From: Actinomycetes bacterium
Lineage (GTDB): Bacteria > Actinomycetota > Acidimicrobiia > Acidimicrobiales > RAAP-2
DNA length: 64,000 nt
NCBI GenBank assembly: GCA_021828055.1
Contig: JAKATH010000001.1
Coordinates: forward strand, 16,707-80,706
Reading direction: 5' to 3'
Part shown: piece by piece, positions 8,621-17,528 of the stretch
Position numbering within the stretch: the first letter of the stretch is position 1
Layout: each line of letters opens with the position of its first letter
Made by a program: the position numbers and the translations under genes
The notes under the pieces: generated by a model
The model's input: the letters and a program-made list of their open reading frames with translations, nothing else
Database searches by the model: none
What the model was told of the DNA's origin: nothing

Positions 8621-9795
8621 GACGTGGTCCGGTTCTCGTCGATGTACCCGTGGCCGAGGTCGGTGGCGAGCACCGCGCCCTCCCCCGAGCCCATCCCGAG
8701 GCTGCACGAGATCTCCACGGCCCTCCCGGCCATGTGCGCAGCGACCGACTCCGTGTCGTGCGGGGCCGCCACCCCGCGCTCGCAGACGACGATCCCGCCG
8801 TAGGAGACGGAGGTCCGGTCCAGCTCGAACGCGACTCCTGCGGCGCCCAGCTCGCTCACGACCCGCCCCCAGTACGGGTCGGCGCCGTTGAGCGAGCACT
8901 TCACGAGCAGCGAGCTCGCGACCTTGCGCGCCGCGACGTGCGCCTCGGCGTCGCATGCCGCGCCGGTGACCACGACGCGCGCCATCTTGGTCGCCCCCTC
9001 CGCGTCCGCGACCATCTGGGTGGCGAGCGACCGGCAGACCTCGGCCACCGCGGCGCCGAGCCGGTCCGTCGGCACCGGCCCGGCCTCGCCGCTCGCCAGC
9101 AGGAGCACGGTGTCGTTGGTCGAGGTGCACCCGTCGACGGTGACCCGGTTGAACGACGCGTCCACCGCGTCGCGAAGGAGCGCGTGCAGGGTCCCGGGCG
9201 ACACGTCCGCGTCGGTCGTCAGCACCGCGAGCATCGTCGCCATGTGCGGGGCCAGCATGGCCGCGCCTTTCGCCATCCCCCCGACGGTGCAGCGCGAGCC
9301 GTCCAGCTCCACGTGCGCGAGCGCTTCCTTCGGCACCGTGTCCGTCGTCATGATCGCCTCTGCGGCCGCGCGCCCTGCGCCCTCCCCCGGCGCCCGTGCG
9401 CGCACGACCGCTCCCACCGCGCCGAGGACCTCGACGGGGAACGGGATGCCGATGAGACCGGTCTGGCAGACGAGCACCTCGTGGGGGGCCGCGCGGACCC
9501 CGCCCGCGACGAGCGCGCACAGCTCCTCGGCGGCACGGATCCCTGCCGGTCCCGTGGCCGCGTTGGCGTTCCCCGAGGTGCAGACGACCGCCGCCGCCCG
9601 CCCCGCGCTCTTGTCCAGGTGCTCCCGGCTGACCTGCACCGGCGCGGCCGCGGCCAGGTTCTCGGTGAAGACGCCGGCGGCGGGCACCGCCCGTCCGTCG
9701 GCGGTCGTGACGACCGCGACGTCCGAGGACCCGTCCGCCTTGATGCCGACCGCCCCTCCGGCCGCCACGAACCCCTTCGCGGCGGTGACGCTCAC
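8617..9795 (-). CDS. argJ: bifunctional ornithine acetyltransferase / N-acetylglutamate synthase
   Basis: Autoprocessing site HMATMLAVLTTDA and GMAKGAAMLAP. GTG 9795 is in GTGA overlap with the argC stop. Confidence 0.93.
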   Translation of the reverse strand: MSVTAAKGFVAAGGAVGIKADGSSDVAVVTTADGRAVPAAGVFTENLAAAAPVQVSREHLDKSAGRAAAVVCTSGNANAATGPAGIRAAEELCALVAGGVRAAPHEVLVCQTGLIGIPFPVEVLGAVGAVVRARAPGEGAGRAAAEAIMTTDTVPKEALAHVELDGSRCTVGGMAKGAAMLAPHMATMLAVLTTDADVSPGTLHALLRDAVDASFNRVTVDGCTSTNDTVLLLASGEAGPVPTDRLGAAVAEVCRSLATQMVADAEGATKMARVVVTGAACDAEAHVAARKVASSLLVKCSLNGADPYWGRVVSELGAAGVAFELDRTSVSYGGIVVCERGVAAPHDTESVAAHMAGRAVEISCSLGMGSGEGAVLATDLGHGYIDENRTTS

Positions 9796-10802
9796 GGGTA
9801 CACCGCGGCGAGCGGCAGCCCAGCCCCCTCGTCGAGGCCGAGCGCGAGGTTGGCGCACTGCACCGCCTGGCCGGCTGCGCCCTTCACCAAGTTGTCGAGC
9901 GCGCACAGCGCCACCAGCCAGCCGGTCCGCTCGTCCACCCTCGCGGTCACGTGCGCGGTGTTCGAGCCGGTGGTCGACTTCGTGGACGGCGGCTCCTCGG
10001 TCACGACCACGAACGGCTCCTCGGCGTACGTGTCTTCGAGAAGACCGATGGCCTCGCCGGTCGTGAGCTCGTGCGCCGGCCGCGCGTAGCACGTCGCGAG
10101 GAGGCCTCTCGTCATCGGGACGAGGTGGGGGGTGAACAGCACGGAGCAGCCGAGGACCTGCTCCATCTCGGGCGTGTGCCGGTGCGTGAGCAGGCCGTAC
10201 GCCCGGAAGTCCTCGTCGACGGCGCCGAACTGCAGGCCCGGTGCGGTCGAGCGGCCCGCGCCGGAGGCGCCGCTCGCTGCGTCGACGACCACCGCGCCCT
10301 CCACGGCGCCTGCCCGGACGAAGGGCGCGAGCGCGAGGGCGGCCGCGGTCGGGTAGCACCCGGGCGCCGCGACCAGCCGGGCGCCGCGCAGCTCGTCGCG
10401 GAAGAGCTCGGGAAGCCCGTAGACGAAGCCGGCCAGCATCTCCGGCGCGCGGTGCTGCCCCCCGTACCAGCGCGGATATGCCGACGCGTCCTTCAGCCGG
10501 AAGTCGGCCGCGAGGTCGACGACGACGCCGACGCGGCCCGCGATCTCCGGGACCAGGCGCTGCGACTCGCCGTGCGGCAGCGCGAGGAAGACGGCGTCGA
10601 GGCCGCAGAGCGCTCCGGCGTCGGTCTGCTCGTACCGGAGCGCCGGGTAGGCGGCGGCAAGGGCGGGGGTGTGCCGCCCGACCGGCTCGCCGGCGCTCGT
10701 GCCCCCCGTCGCGACCACGACCTCGAGCTCCGGGTGGGCGGCGCACAGCCGGAGGAGCTCGGTCCCGCCGTACCCCGACGCCCCTACGACTCCAGCTTTC
10801 AT
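9792..10802 (-). CDS. argC: N-acetyl-gamma-glutamyl-phosphate reductase
   Basis: VVGASGYGG Rossmann N-terminus and catalytic APGCYPTAA. Confidence 0.95.
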   Translation of the reverse strand: MKAGVVGASGYGGTELLRLCAAHPELEVVVATGGTSAGEPVGRHTPALAAAYPALRYEQTDAGALCGLDAVFLALPHGESQRLVPEIAGRVGVVVDLAADFRLKDASAYPRWYGGQHRAPEMLAGFVYGLPELFRDELRGARLVAAPGCYPTAAALALAPFVRAGAVEGAVVVDAASGASGAGRSTAPGLQFGAVDEDFRAYGLLTHRHTPEMEQVLGCSVLFTPHLVPMTRGLLATCYARPAHELTTGEAIGLLEDTYAEEPFVVVTEEPPSTKSTTGSNTAHVTARVDERTGWLVALCALDNLVKGAAGQAVQCANLALGLDEGAGLPLAAVYP

Positions 10803-10803
10803 C

Positions 10804-10841
10804 GGTGCAAGTATACACAGACAACCGCATATCTATGCAAA
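10804..10841 (-). promoter_or_regulatory. tandem ARG boxes (ArgR operator) overlapping a TATACT -10 box just upstream of argC
   Basis: AT-rich island in GC-rich DNA. Minus strand reads ATTTGCATAGATATGCGG-TT-GTCTGTGTATACTTGCAC, with cores TGCATAgaTATGCg (10826-10839) and TGTGTAtaCTTGCA (10806-10819) 20 bp centre to centre. TATACT lies 7 nt before ATG 10802. Confidence 0.6.
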
Positions 10842-10897
10842 TCGCCGGTCGCTCGGCAACCTCGCGGCTGCAGTCGATCGGTCAGCGGGCCGGCCCG

Positions 10898-13474
10898 TCA
10901 GCGAAGCGCCGCACCGGTGTCGGCGGCAGCGGCGTCGATGGCCCGCCGGCGGAGCCGCCCGACCTCCTCGTCGGTGAGCGTTCGGTCCAGCGCTGCGAAC
11001 CGGAGCCGGTAGGCGAGGCTCCGGTGGCCCTCAGGGACCCCGGGGCCGCGGTACACGTCGAACAGCACGACCGACTCGAGAAGCCCCCCGTCCCCCTCGC
11101 CGGCACCGCCGGCCTCCCGGACGCCCCGGACCTCGCCGGCCTCCCGGACGCCGCGGACCGCGCCGGCACCGCCGGCCTCCCGGACGCCGCGGACGCCGCG
11201 GACCAGTGCCGCCTCGACCCGGGCGGCGGGCACGGTGTCGGCGACCACGAGCGCGACGTCCACGTCGGCGGAGGGAAACCGGCTGAGCGCGCGGGCCTGG
11301 TCGGGCCGCCTCGGCGTGACCGACGGGTCGAGCAGCCGCCCGAGGTCCACCTCGAGCCAGCCGATCCGGCCGTTCTCTGCCGGGTGCCCGAGCGTCTCGG
11401 CGACCGCGGGGTCCACCTCCCCGACCGCCCCGATCGTCGTGCCCCCCGCGCCGGCCCCCCCCGCCGCCACCAGCAGCGCCGAGCGCGTCGGATGGAGGCC
11501 GGGCACCGACCCGTCGGCCACCAGCTCGACCGGCTCGAGCCGCAGGGCGTCCGCGAGCACCCGCCATGCGGCAAGGGCGCTGCGCGCGTCGTCGCCGTCG
11601 CTCGCGAGCACCGACGAGAGGAGCTCGCGCTCTGCGGGCAGCACCGCCGTCTCCGACCCCGATGCGCCGCCCCGCGCCGTGCGGGCCCCGGCGTCGGGGT
11701 GGGAGAAGACGATGCCGATCTCGAAGAGCCTGACCCCGCCCTGCCGGCGGTTCGCGTTCCGTGCGAGCGCGCGCACGAGCCCCGGGAGCATCGAGCGGCG
11801 GAGCCACGCCTCCTCCTTGGCGATCGGGTTCGACACCTCGACGGCGGCACCGGTCAGTCCCATCGCCACGTGGTCGGCGTCGTCGACCAGGCTCGGCGTC
11901 CACGCCTCGAGCCCGCCCACACCGCACATCGCGTCGCCGACCAGGCGTCGCTCGCGCTGGTAGCGCGTGAGCCCGCCCGGCTCCGGCCACGACGGCCGGT
12001 GACGCGGGATCCGCGAGTAGCCGTAGGTCCGGGCGATCTCTTCGATGACGTCGTCGACGCCGTGCGGCGCCGGGCGGACGTCAGGGCGGTTGGTCGGGAC
12101 GGTCACCATGAGCCCGTCGTCTCTCGTCTCGGCGCCGAAGCCGAGCGGCTCGATCAGCGCCGCCGCCTCTTCGGCGTCGATGCCGACCCCGAGGACCGCG
12201 CGCACGCGCCGGGACGAGACCAAGATCCGCTCGGGCGCGGGCACTTGGCCGCGCACGTCCAGCTTGCCGGTGGCCGTCGGTGCCCCGACCAGCTCGCAGA
12301 AGCGGTCCACGGCGCGGTCGATCCCCCACGGATCGCACCCCCGCTCGAAACGCGCGGACGCCTCGGTGCGCAGCCCGAGCCGCTTCGAGGTCCGGGCGAT
12401 CGCCATGGGCGAGAAGTACGCCGCCTCGAGCAGCACCCGCGTCGTCGAGTCGGAGATCTCGCTCGACTCGCCGCCCATGATCCCTCCGATCCCCACCGCG
12501 GTCCCCTCCGCGTCGCAGATGAGGCAGTCCTCGCCCGTGTCGCCGAGCCCTCGGCCAGGGGTCCCGAGGGTTCGCTCGACGCCGTCCAACGTGACGAGCT
12601 TCTCGCCCGGCCGCGCCCGCCGGACGACCAGCCCGGCACCTGCCAGGCGGTCGAGGTCGTAGGGGTGCGTCGGCTGCCCCAGCTCGAGCATCACGTAGTT
12701 CGACGCGTCGACCACGCCGCTGATCGGGCGCATGCCCGCGAGCAGCAGCCGTCGTGCCAGCCAGCGCGGCGACGGGGCGACGCGCACCCGGTCGAGGACG
12801 ACGGCCACCATGCGCGGGCACAGGTCCAGGTCCTCGACCTCGAGCGAGGCGAGGGAGGCGACCGGCGTCCCGAGGTCGGGCGCGGGCGCGGGAGCGGGCA
12901 GCGTGAACGGCAGCCGGAGCCTTCCGGCGAGGTCGCGGGCGACCCCGGCGATCGACCACGCGTCCGGCCGGTTGCCCTCGACCGTGATGTCGAAGACGAC
13001 GTCCGGCTCGACGCCGAGCGCCTCGGTGAGCGGGACGCCCGGACGTGCGCCCTCGACGTCGTTCAGCACGAGGATGCCTTCGTGGTCGTCGGACAGGCGG
13101 AGCTCGCGGGCGGAGCAGAGCATGCCGTTGGACGTCGCGCCCTTCATCTTGCGGCGCTCGATCCGGAAGTGGCCCGGGAGGACCGCGCCGACCGGCGCGA
13201 GGGGGACGAGGTCGCCCGGCGCGAAGTTCCACGCCCCGCAGACCACCTCGAGCGGGCCCGCACCGGCGTCCACCGTCACGAGCCGGATGCGGTCTGCGCC
13301 GGCGATGGCGTCCACGCCCTCGACCAGCGCCACCACGACGTCGCCGAGGCCCTCGCCGACGTGCTCCACGCCTTCGACGACGAGCCCCAGGTCGTCGAGG
13401 CTCGCTGCGAGCGCGGTGGGATCGGACGTGTCGAACGGCGCGAAGTCGCGCAGCCAGCTGAGCGGGGCCTTCAT
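10898..13474 (-). CDS. pheT: phenylalanine--tRNA ligase beta subunit
   Basis: 858 aa. MKAPLSWLRDF N-terminus, tRNA-binding domain (GAWNFAPGD..KMKGATSNGMLCSARELRL), B3/4, B5 and C-terminal FDX-ACB domains. Confidence 0.95.
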   Translation of the reverse strand: MKAPLSWLRDFAPFDTSDPTALAASLDDLGLVVEGVEHVGEGLGDVVVALVEGVDAIAGADRIRLVTVDAGAGPLEVVCGAWNFAPGDLVPLAPVGAVLPGHFRIERRKMKGATSNGMLCSARELRLSDDHEGILVLNDVEGARPGVPLTEALGVEPDVVFDITVEGNRPDAWSIAGVARDLAGRLRLPFTLPAPAPAPDLGTPVASLASLEVEDLDLCPRMVAVVLDRVRVAPSPRWLARRLLLAGMRPISGVVDASNYVMLELGQPTHPYDLDRLAGAGLVVRRARPGEKLVTLDGVERTLGTPGRGLGDTGEDCLICDAEGTAVGIGGIMGGESSEISDSTTRVLLEAAYFSPMAIARTSKRLGLRTEASARFERGCDPWGIDRAVDRFCELVGAPTATGKLDVRGQVPAPERILVSSRRVRAVLGVGIDAEEAAALIEPLGFGAETRDDGLMVTVPTNRPDVRPAPHGVDDVIEEIARTYGYSRIPRHRPSWPEPGGLTRYQRERRLVGDAMCGVGGLEAWTPSLVDDADHVAMGLTGAAVEVSNPIAKEEAWLRRSMLPGLVRALARNANRRQGGVRLFEIGIVFSHPDAGARTARGGASGSETAVLPAERELLSSVLASDGDDARSALAAWRVLADALRLEPVELVADGSVPGLHPTRSALLVAAGGAGAGGTTIGAVGEVDPAVAETLGHPAENGRIGWLEVDLGRLLDPSVTPRRPDQARALSRFPSADVDVALVVADTVPAARVEAALVRGVRGVREAGGAGAVRGVREAGEVRGVREAGGAGEGDGGLLESVVLFDVYRGPGVPEGHRSLAYRLRFAALDRTLTDEEVGRLRRRAIDAAAADTGAALR
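11084..11203. repeat. imperfect tandem repeat block inside pheT
   Basis: GCCGGCCTCCCGGACGCC occurs three times. Encodes VRGVRGVREAGGAGAVRGVREAGEVRGVREAGGAGEGDGG. Confidence 0.8.
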
Positions 13475-13521
13475 GGCCGGGTCACCCCTCGTGCGATCAT
13501 CTGCGTCCCGCCTTCAGGCTC

Positions 13522-14634
13522 TCAGAGCAGCCTCAGGAACCGGACGTCGTTCTCGGTCAGGATGCGCATGTCCGCGATGACGTGACGCATCTGCGCGCAC
13601 CGGTCGATGCCGAAGCCGAAGGCGAACCCGGACCACTCTTCGGGGTCGATGCCCACGGCCTCGAACACGGCCGGGTCCACCATGCCGCATCCGGCGAGCT
13701 CGACCCAGCCCGTCGACGAGCACGTCCGGCAGCCCCCGCCACGACAGATCGTGCACGTGACCTCCACCTCCGCGGAGGGCTCGGTGAACGGGAAGTAGCC
13801 TGGCCGCAGCCGCGCGTGGATGTCGGGACCGAAGTACGCCGTCGTGAACGTCTCGATGGTCCCGGCCAGGTCGGCGAAGGTGATGCCCCGGTCGACGACG
13901 AGCCCCTCCATCTGGTGGAAGACCGGCAGGTGCCGCGCGTCGGCGGTCTCCCGGCGGTAGCAGCGACCCGGGATCACCGCGTGGACGGGTGGCTGCCGGT
14001 CCTCCATGAGGTGGATCTGCACCGGGGAGGTGTGCGTCCGCAGCACGACGGTCTCGGGCTGGCCGAGCTCGAGGTAGAAGGTGTCCCACATGCTGCGCGC
14101 GGGGTGCGCAGGCGGGATGTTCAGCGCCTCGAAGTTGTACCAGTCGGTCTCCGCCTCGGGCCCCTCCTCGACCGTGAAGCCCATTGCGACGAACACGTCC
14201 TCGAGCTCGCGCCGGGTCTGGGTCACGAGGTGGAGCCGGCCCCGGGTGACGGCGGAGCGGACCTCGTCCGCGGTCACCTCGGTCAGGTCGAGTCGGTCGC
14301 GCCCGAGCATCAGGGCGCGCTCGGCCGCGGCGAGCTCCTCCCCCCGCGCCGCGGCCAGCGCCTCGAGGCGCGCCCGGGCGTCGTGGAGGGCCTTGCCGGC
14401 CGCACGCCGTGCGTCGGGGTCGAGCGCCGCGAGGTGCCGGTGCGCCGTCGCCAGCGCGCTCCGCTTCCCCAGCACGGCCGTCTCGACCTCCGCCAGCGCG
14501 GCGCTCGACGCGGCACCGGCCAGCGCGCCCGCGGCCTCGAGCTCGAGCCGGTCCACCTCCTCGCCCGGGCCGCTCCGGTCGCTCCGGCCGCTCGGGCCGC
14601 TCCGGTCGCCCGGGCCGCTCGGGGTTCGGGTCAT
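13522..14634 (-). CDS. pheS: phenylalanine--tRNA ligase alpha subunit
   Basis: Class II motifs FTEPSAEVEV, GCGMVDPAV and GFAFGFGIDR. ATG 14634 is in ATGA overlap with the upstream methyltransferase stop. Repetitive N-terminus. Confidence 0.93.
   Translation of the reverse strand: MTRTPSGPGDRSGPSGRSDRSGPGEEVDRLELEAAGALAGAASSAALAEVETAVLGKRSALATAHRHLAALDPDARRAAGKALHDARARLEALAAARGEELAAAERALMLGRDRLDLTEVTADEVRSAVTRGRLHLVTQTRRELEDVFVAMGFTVEEGPEAETDWYNFEALNIPPAHPARSMWDTFYLELGQPETVVLRTHTSPVQIHLMEDRQPPVHAVIPGRCYRRETADARHLPVFHQMEGLVVDRGITFADLAGTIETFTTAYFGPDIHARLRPGYFPFTEPSAEVEVTCTICRGGGCRTCSSTGWVELAGCGMVDPAVFEAVGIDPEEWSGFAFGFGIDRCAQMRHVIADMRILTENDVRFLRLL
14563..14622. repeat. imperfect short repeats at the pheS 5' end
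   Basis: GGGCCGCTCCGGTCGC x2 with related filler. Encodes SGPGDRSGPSGRSDRSGPG. Confidence 0.7.
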
Positions 14635-15497
14635 CGGGGCATCGTAGATCGACGCCGGCGGAGGGCTTCGAAGCAGATCACCGCGCACGCGATCCCGACG
14701 TTGAGCGACTCCGCGCGTCCGGCCATCGGGATCCCGACGGAACCGTCGAGCTCCAGCCCGTCGGGCAGCCCCCACGCCTCGTTGCCGAGCACGATCGCGC
14801 TGCGGACGGTCCAGTCGACCGCCGCGTAGTCCTCTCCGCCGCGCGCCACCGCGCCGAGGCGCCGGTAGCCGGACCGGCCCAGCCGCCGGAGCACCGTGGC
14901 CGCGTCCTCGCCGAGGACGACCGGCACGTGGAAAAGCGACCCCGCCGACGCGCGGACGGTCTTCGGGTTGTAGGGATCGACCGCGCCGGCGCACACCACG
15001 ACGGCGCCCACTCCGGCAGCATCCGCGGTGCGGAGCACGGTGCCGGCGTTGCCGGGGTCCCGGACGTCGGCCAGCACCACGACGAGCTGCGCCTCCGCGG
15101 GCACCTCGGGCACGTCGAGCGCGGGGAAGACCGCCAGCACCGGCTGGGGCGTGGCGGTGGAGGCGACCCGCTCGATCACCCCCGGGGCGAGCTCGTGGAC
15201 GCGGGCGCCGGCGGCCAGCGCGAGCCTCACCACCTCGGCGACGCCTGCTGCGGCGGACCCGCCGCCCGCGCCGCCCGCGCCGCCCGCGCCGCCCCCGCCG
15301 GTCGCGCCGCCCGCGCCGGACGCCGCCCCTGCCGCGACGTACAGCGACTCGGGCACCGCGCCGGCGAGCATGCCGGTGCGGACGACCTCGATCCCCTCCG
15401 CGACGAACGCACGCTCCGCCCGGCGGGCGGCACGGCGGTTGAGCAGGCGGCGGACGCGGCGCACCCGCTGGTGCGAGTACGCGAGGCCGAGGCTCAG
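14631..15497 (-). CDS. TrmH/SpoU-family RNA 2'-O-methyltransferase
   Basis: SpoU motifs [33 protein letters not shown] and [22 protein letters not shown]. The start is uncertain: CTG 15497 in CTGA overlap with the rplT stop, or GTG 15464. Confidence 0.8.
   Translation of the reverse strand: MSLGLAYSHQRVRRVRRLLNRRAARRAERAFVAEGIEVVRTGMLAGAVPESLYVAAGAASGAGGATGGGGAGGAGGAGGGSAAAGVAEVVRLALAAGARVHELAPGVIERVASTATPQPVLAVFPALDVPEVPAEAQLVVVLADVRDPGNAGTVLRTADAAGVGAVVVCAGAVDPYNPKTVRASAGSLFHVPVVLGEDAATVLRRLGRSGYRRLGAVARGGEDYAAVDWTVRSAIVLGNEAWGLPDGLELDGSVGIPMAGRAESLNVGIACAVICFEALRRRRSTMPR
15261..15296. repeat. tandem repeat, 9 bp x4
   Basis: GCCGCCCGC x3 plus GCCGCCCCC. Part of a Gly/Ala-rich insert in the TrmH-family gene. 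Confidence 0.85.
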
Positions 15498-15856
15498 GGC
15501 GCTTGCAGCGCCGCGCCCGCGATCGCGACGAGCGCTGAGAAGGCGTCGTCGTCGGTCACCGCCAGGTCGGCGAGCACCTTGCGGTCGACGTCCACGCCGG
15601 CCAGGTGGAGGCCGGCGATGAGCTTGCTGTAGCTCATCCCGTGGAGCCGGGCCGCCGCGTTGATGCGCTGGATCCACAGCTTTCGGAAGTCGCCCTTCCG
15701 GGCCCGGCGGTCGCGGTACGCGTACTGCAGGGAGTGCATCACCTGCTCGTTGGCGGCACGGTACGTGCGGCTCTTGTTGCCGTAGTAGCCCCGTGCCTGC
15801 TCGAGCACCGCGCGGTGGTGCTTGCGGCCGTGGACGGCGCGCTTGACTCGTGCCAT
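15494..15856 (-). CDS. rplT: 50S ribosomal protein L20
   Basis: [26 protein letters not shown]..., full-length L20. Confidence 0.97.
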   Translation of the reverse strand: MARVKRAVHGRKHHRAVLEQARGYYGNKSRTYRAANEQVMHSLQYAYRDRRARKGDFRKLWIQRINAAARLHGMSYSKLIAGLHLAGVDVDRKVLADLAVTDDDAFSALVAIAGAALQAP

Positions 15857-15869
15857 CGGTGCTCCCCTC

Positions 15870-16064
15870 TCAGATGCCGAGCATGCGCTTCACACGCCGC
15901 TCGTCGCCGCTGGCGAAGTCCGTCTCCCGGGCCAGCCGGCGCGTGCGGACGCTGCTCTTCTTCTCCAGCAGGTGCGACCGGTTCTGCTTGCGGCGGCGCA
16001 GGCGGCGGGTGCCCGTGATCTTCACGCGCTTCGCGGCCCCCCTGTCCGTCTTCATCTTCGGCAT
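15870..16064 (-). CDS. rpmI: 50S ribosomal protein L35
   Basis: [18 protein letters not shown]..., 64 aa, between infC and rplT. Confidence 0.97.
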   Translation of the reverse strand: MPKMKTDRGAAKRVKITGTRRLRRRKQNRSHLLEKKSSVRTRRLARETDFASGDERRVKRMLGI

Positions 16065-16074
16065 CTCGGCGCTC

Positions 16075-16653
16075 CTACCCCTCTAGTTCCTGGTCCTGGT
16101 GCTTCTGCCGCGCAGCCGCCGACTGCTTGGCGCGCCTGTCCGGCGCCAGCACCATCACCATGTTCCTGCCGTCGAGCCGGGGCTCCGCCTCGATCTTGGC
16201 GGTGCCGTCCGTCTGCTCGGCGATCCTGTCGAGGATCCGCTTCCCGAGCTCGGGGTGGAAGACCTCGCGCCCTCGGAACATGATCGTGATCTTGACCTTG
16301 TGGCCGTCCTCGAGGAACCTCGCCACCTGCCGGGTCTTGGTCTCGAAGTCGCCGGGCCCGATCTTGGGCCGGTACTTCATCTCCTTCAATCCGACGTGGA
16401 CGGTCTTGCGCCGGCTCTCCTTGGCCCGTTGCGCCTCGTCGAACTTGAACTTTCCGTAGTCCATGATCCGACAGACGGGCGGGTTGGCCATCGGGGCCAC
16501 CTCGACGAGATCCATGTCGAGCCCTCTGGCGATGCTCAGCGCCTCGGGCAGCAGCTTGATCCCGAGCTGCTCCCCGTCCGGGGCGACGAGGCGGACCTCG
16601 CGTGCCCGGATGCGGTCGTTGATCCGGTGCTCAGGTGCAGTGGCAGTGACGAT
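16075..16653 (-). CDS. infC: translation initiation factor IF-3 (non-canonical ATC start inferred)
   Basis: The track ORF starts at MDLVEV, but the frame upstream encodes the conserved RINDRIRAREVRLVAPDGEQLGI. No ATG/GTG/TTG is available. ATC 16653 lies 10 nt after GAGAGG; ATC 16623 is the alternative. Confidence 0.8.
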   Translation of the reverse strand: MVTATAPEHRINDRIRAREVRLVAPDGEQLGIKLLPEALSIARGLDMDLVEVAPMANPPVCRIMDYGKFKFDEAQRAKESRRKTVHVGLKEMKYRPKIGPGDFETKTRQVARFLEDGHKVKITIMFRGREVFHPELGKRILDRIAEQTDGTAKIEAEPRLDGRNMVMVLAPDRRAKQSAAARQKHQDQELEG

Positions 16654-16822
16654 GCGGCATCGTCCTCTCTATCTCGGGCCGGCGGTCCTTCCGCGACCAC
16701 GATCTGGCAAGCGGAGCCGTACCCGACCGGGCAATGCCACGTCGACCCGGCGCACTGTGCGTGGCCGGGTGGAGACCCCTCGTCGAGCGGGCCCCGCTTC
16801 CTCGACTCCATAGGCTACCAGC

Positions 16823-17218
16823 ATGAGCCTGTGGACCCCTTCGGGTGAGCATCGGGTGGGTGACGGACGGTCCGGGGAGGCCCCGACGGCGGGCCCCGGC
16901 CCTGGCGCGGGGGAACCCGGAGGGAGCCCGCAAGACGGGGACGACGTGAGCGGCGACGTCGCCGCCCTGCGCCAGCAGCTCGCCGACGCCCCCGCAGCGG
17001 TGGTCGTCGCCAACCACTGCTACGCCCTGTTCGAGCTCGGTGCCGTCTACCTCTCGAGCTCGCCTCCGAGCCTCGAGCACGCGCGCCTGGCCATCGACGC
17101 GCTCGGGTGCCTGGTCGACGGGCTCGGCGAGCGGATCGGCGATGCCTACCCAGCGTTGCGCGATGCGCTGGCTCAGATGCGGCTCGCCTACGTCCAGATC
17201 TCCGCCGCCGGCGGCTAG
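16823..17218 (+). CDS. conserved hypothetical protein, resembles the DUF1844 family often found next to infC in actinobacteria
   Basis: High-GC3 ORF with a core ...VVANHCYALFELGAVYLSSSPPSLEHARLAIDALGCLVDGLGERIG...LAQMRLAYVQ. TAGGCT box 6 nt before the ATG. Family name is from memory only. Confidence 0.6.
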   Translation: MSLWTPSGEHRVGDGRSGEAPTAGPGPGAGEPGGSPQDGDDVSGDVAALRQQLADAPAAVVVANHCYALFELGAVYLSSSPPSLEHARLAIDALGCLVDGLGERIGDAYPALRDALAQMRLAYVQISAAGG

Positions 17219-17225
17219 CCGGAGG

Positions 17226-17465
17226 TCACGCGGGCTCGACCGCGGGCCAGCCGACGTCGAGCTTGGTGACCTGGACCGCCTCCATCCGTCCGAGGTGACC
17301 GGGCGCGACCTCGAAGGCGACCCGGGTCCCGACGTCGATGGCCCGACTGCCGTCCGTGATCGCCGTGCAATGGAACGACCACGTGCCACCGACGTCGCCG
17401 GCGACGACGCCGAGCCCACGACGGTCGTCCCATTCCGACACCACGCCTACGCGAAGCGGCCCCAT
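17226..17465 (-). CDS. cold-shock-domain (OB-fold) protein
   Basis: GVVSEWDDRRGLGVVAGDVGGTWSFHCTAITDGSRAIDVGTRVAFEV. Start taken at ATG 17465. The in-frame upstream (T/V)ES repeat up to TTG 17579 could be an N-terminal extension. Confidence 0.65.
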   Translation of the reverse strand: MGPLRVGVVSEWDDRRGLGVVAGDVGGTWSFHCTAITDGSRAIDVGTRVAFEVAPGHLGRMEAVQVTKLDVGWPAVEPA

Positions 17466-17528
17466 GCTCTCGACGCTCTCGGTGCTCTCGACGCTCTCGG
17501 TGCTCTCGGTGCTCTCGACGCTCTCGGT
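17466..17528. repeat. tandem repeat, 9 bp x7 (two unit variants)
   Basis: GCTCTCGAC / GCTCTCGGT in order ABABBAB, abutting ATG 17465 of the cold-shock-domain gene. In frame as (T/V)ES x7. Confidence 0.95.

Noticed and set aside
16654-16822. Structured ncRNA or L20-type leader in the infC / DUF1844-like divergent spacer
   Set aside because: No conserved motif or convincing extended helix was seen. The space is adequately explained by two divergent promoters and the infC initiation region.
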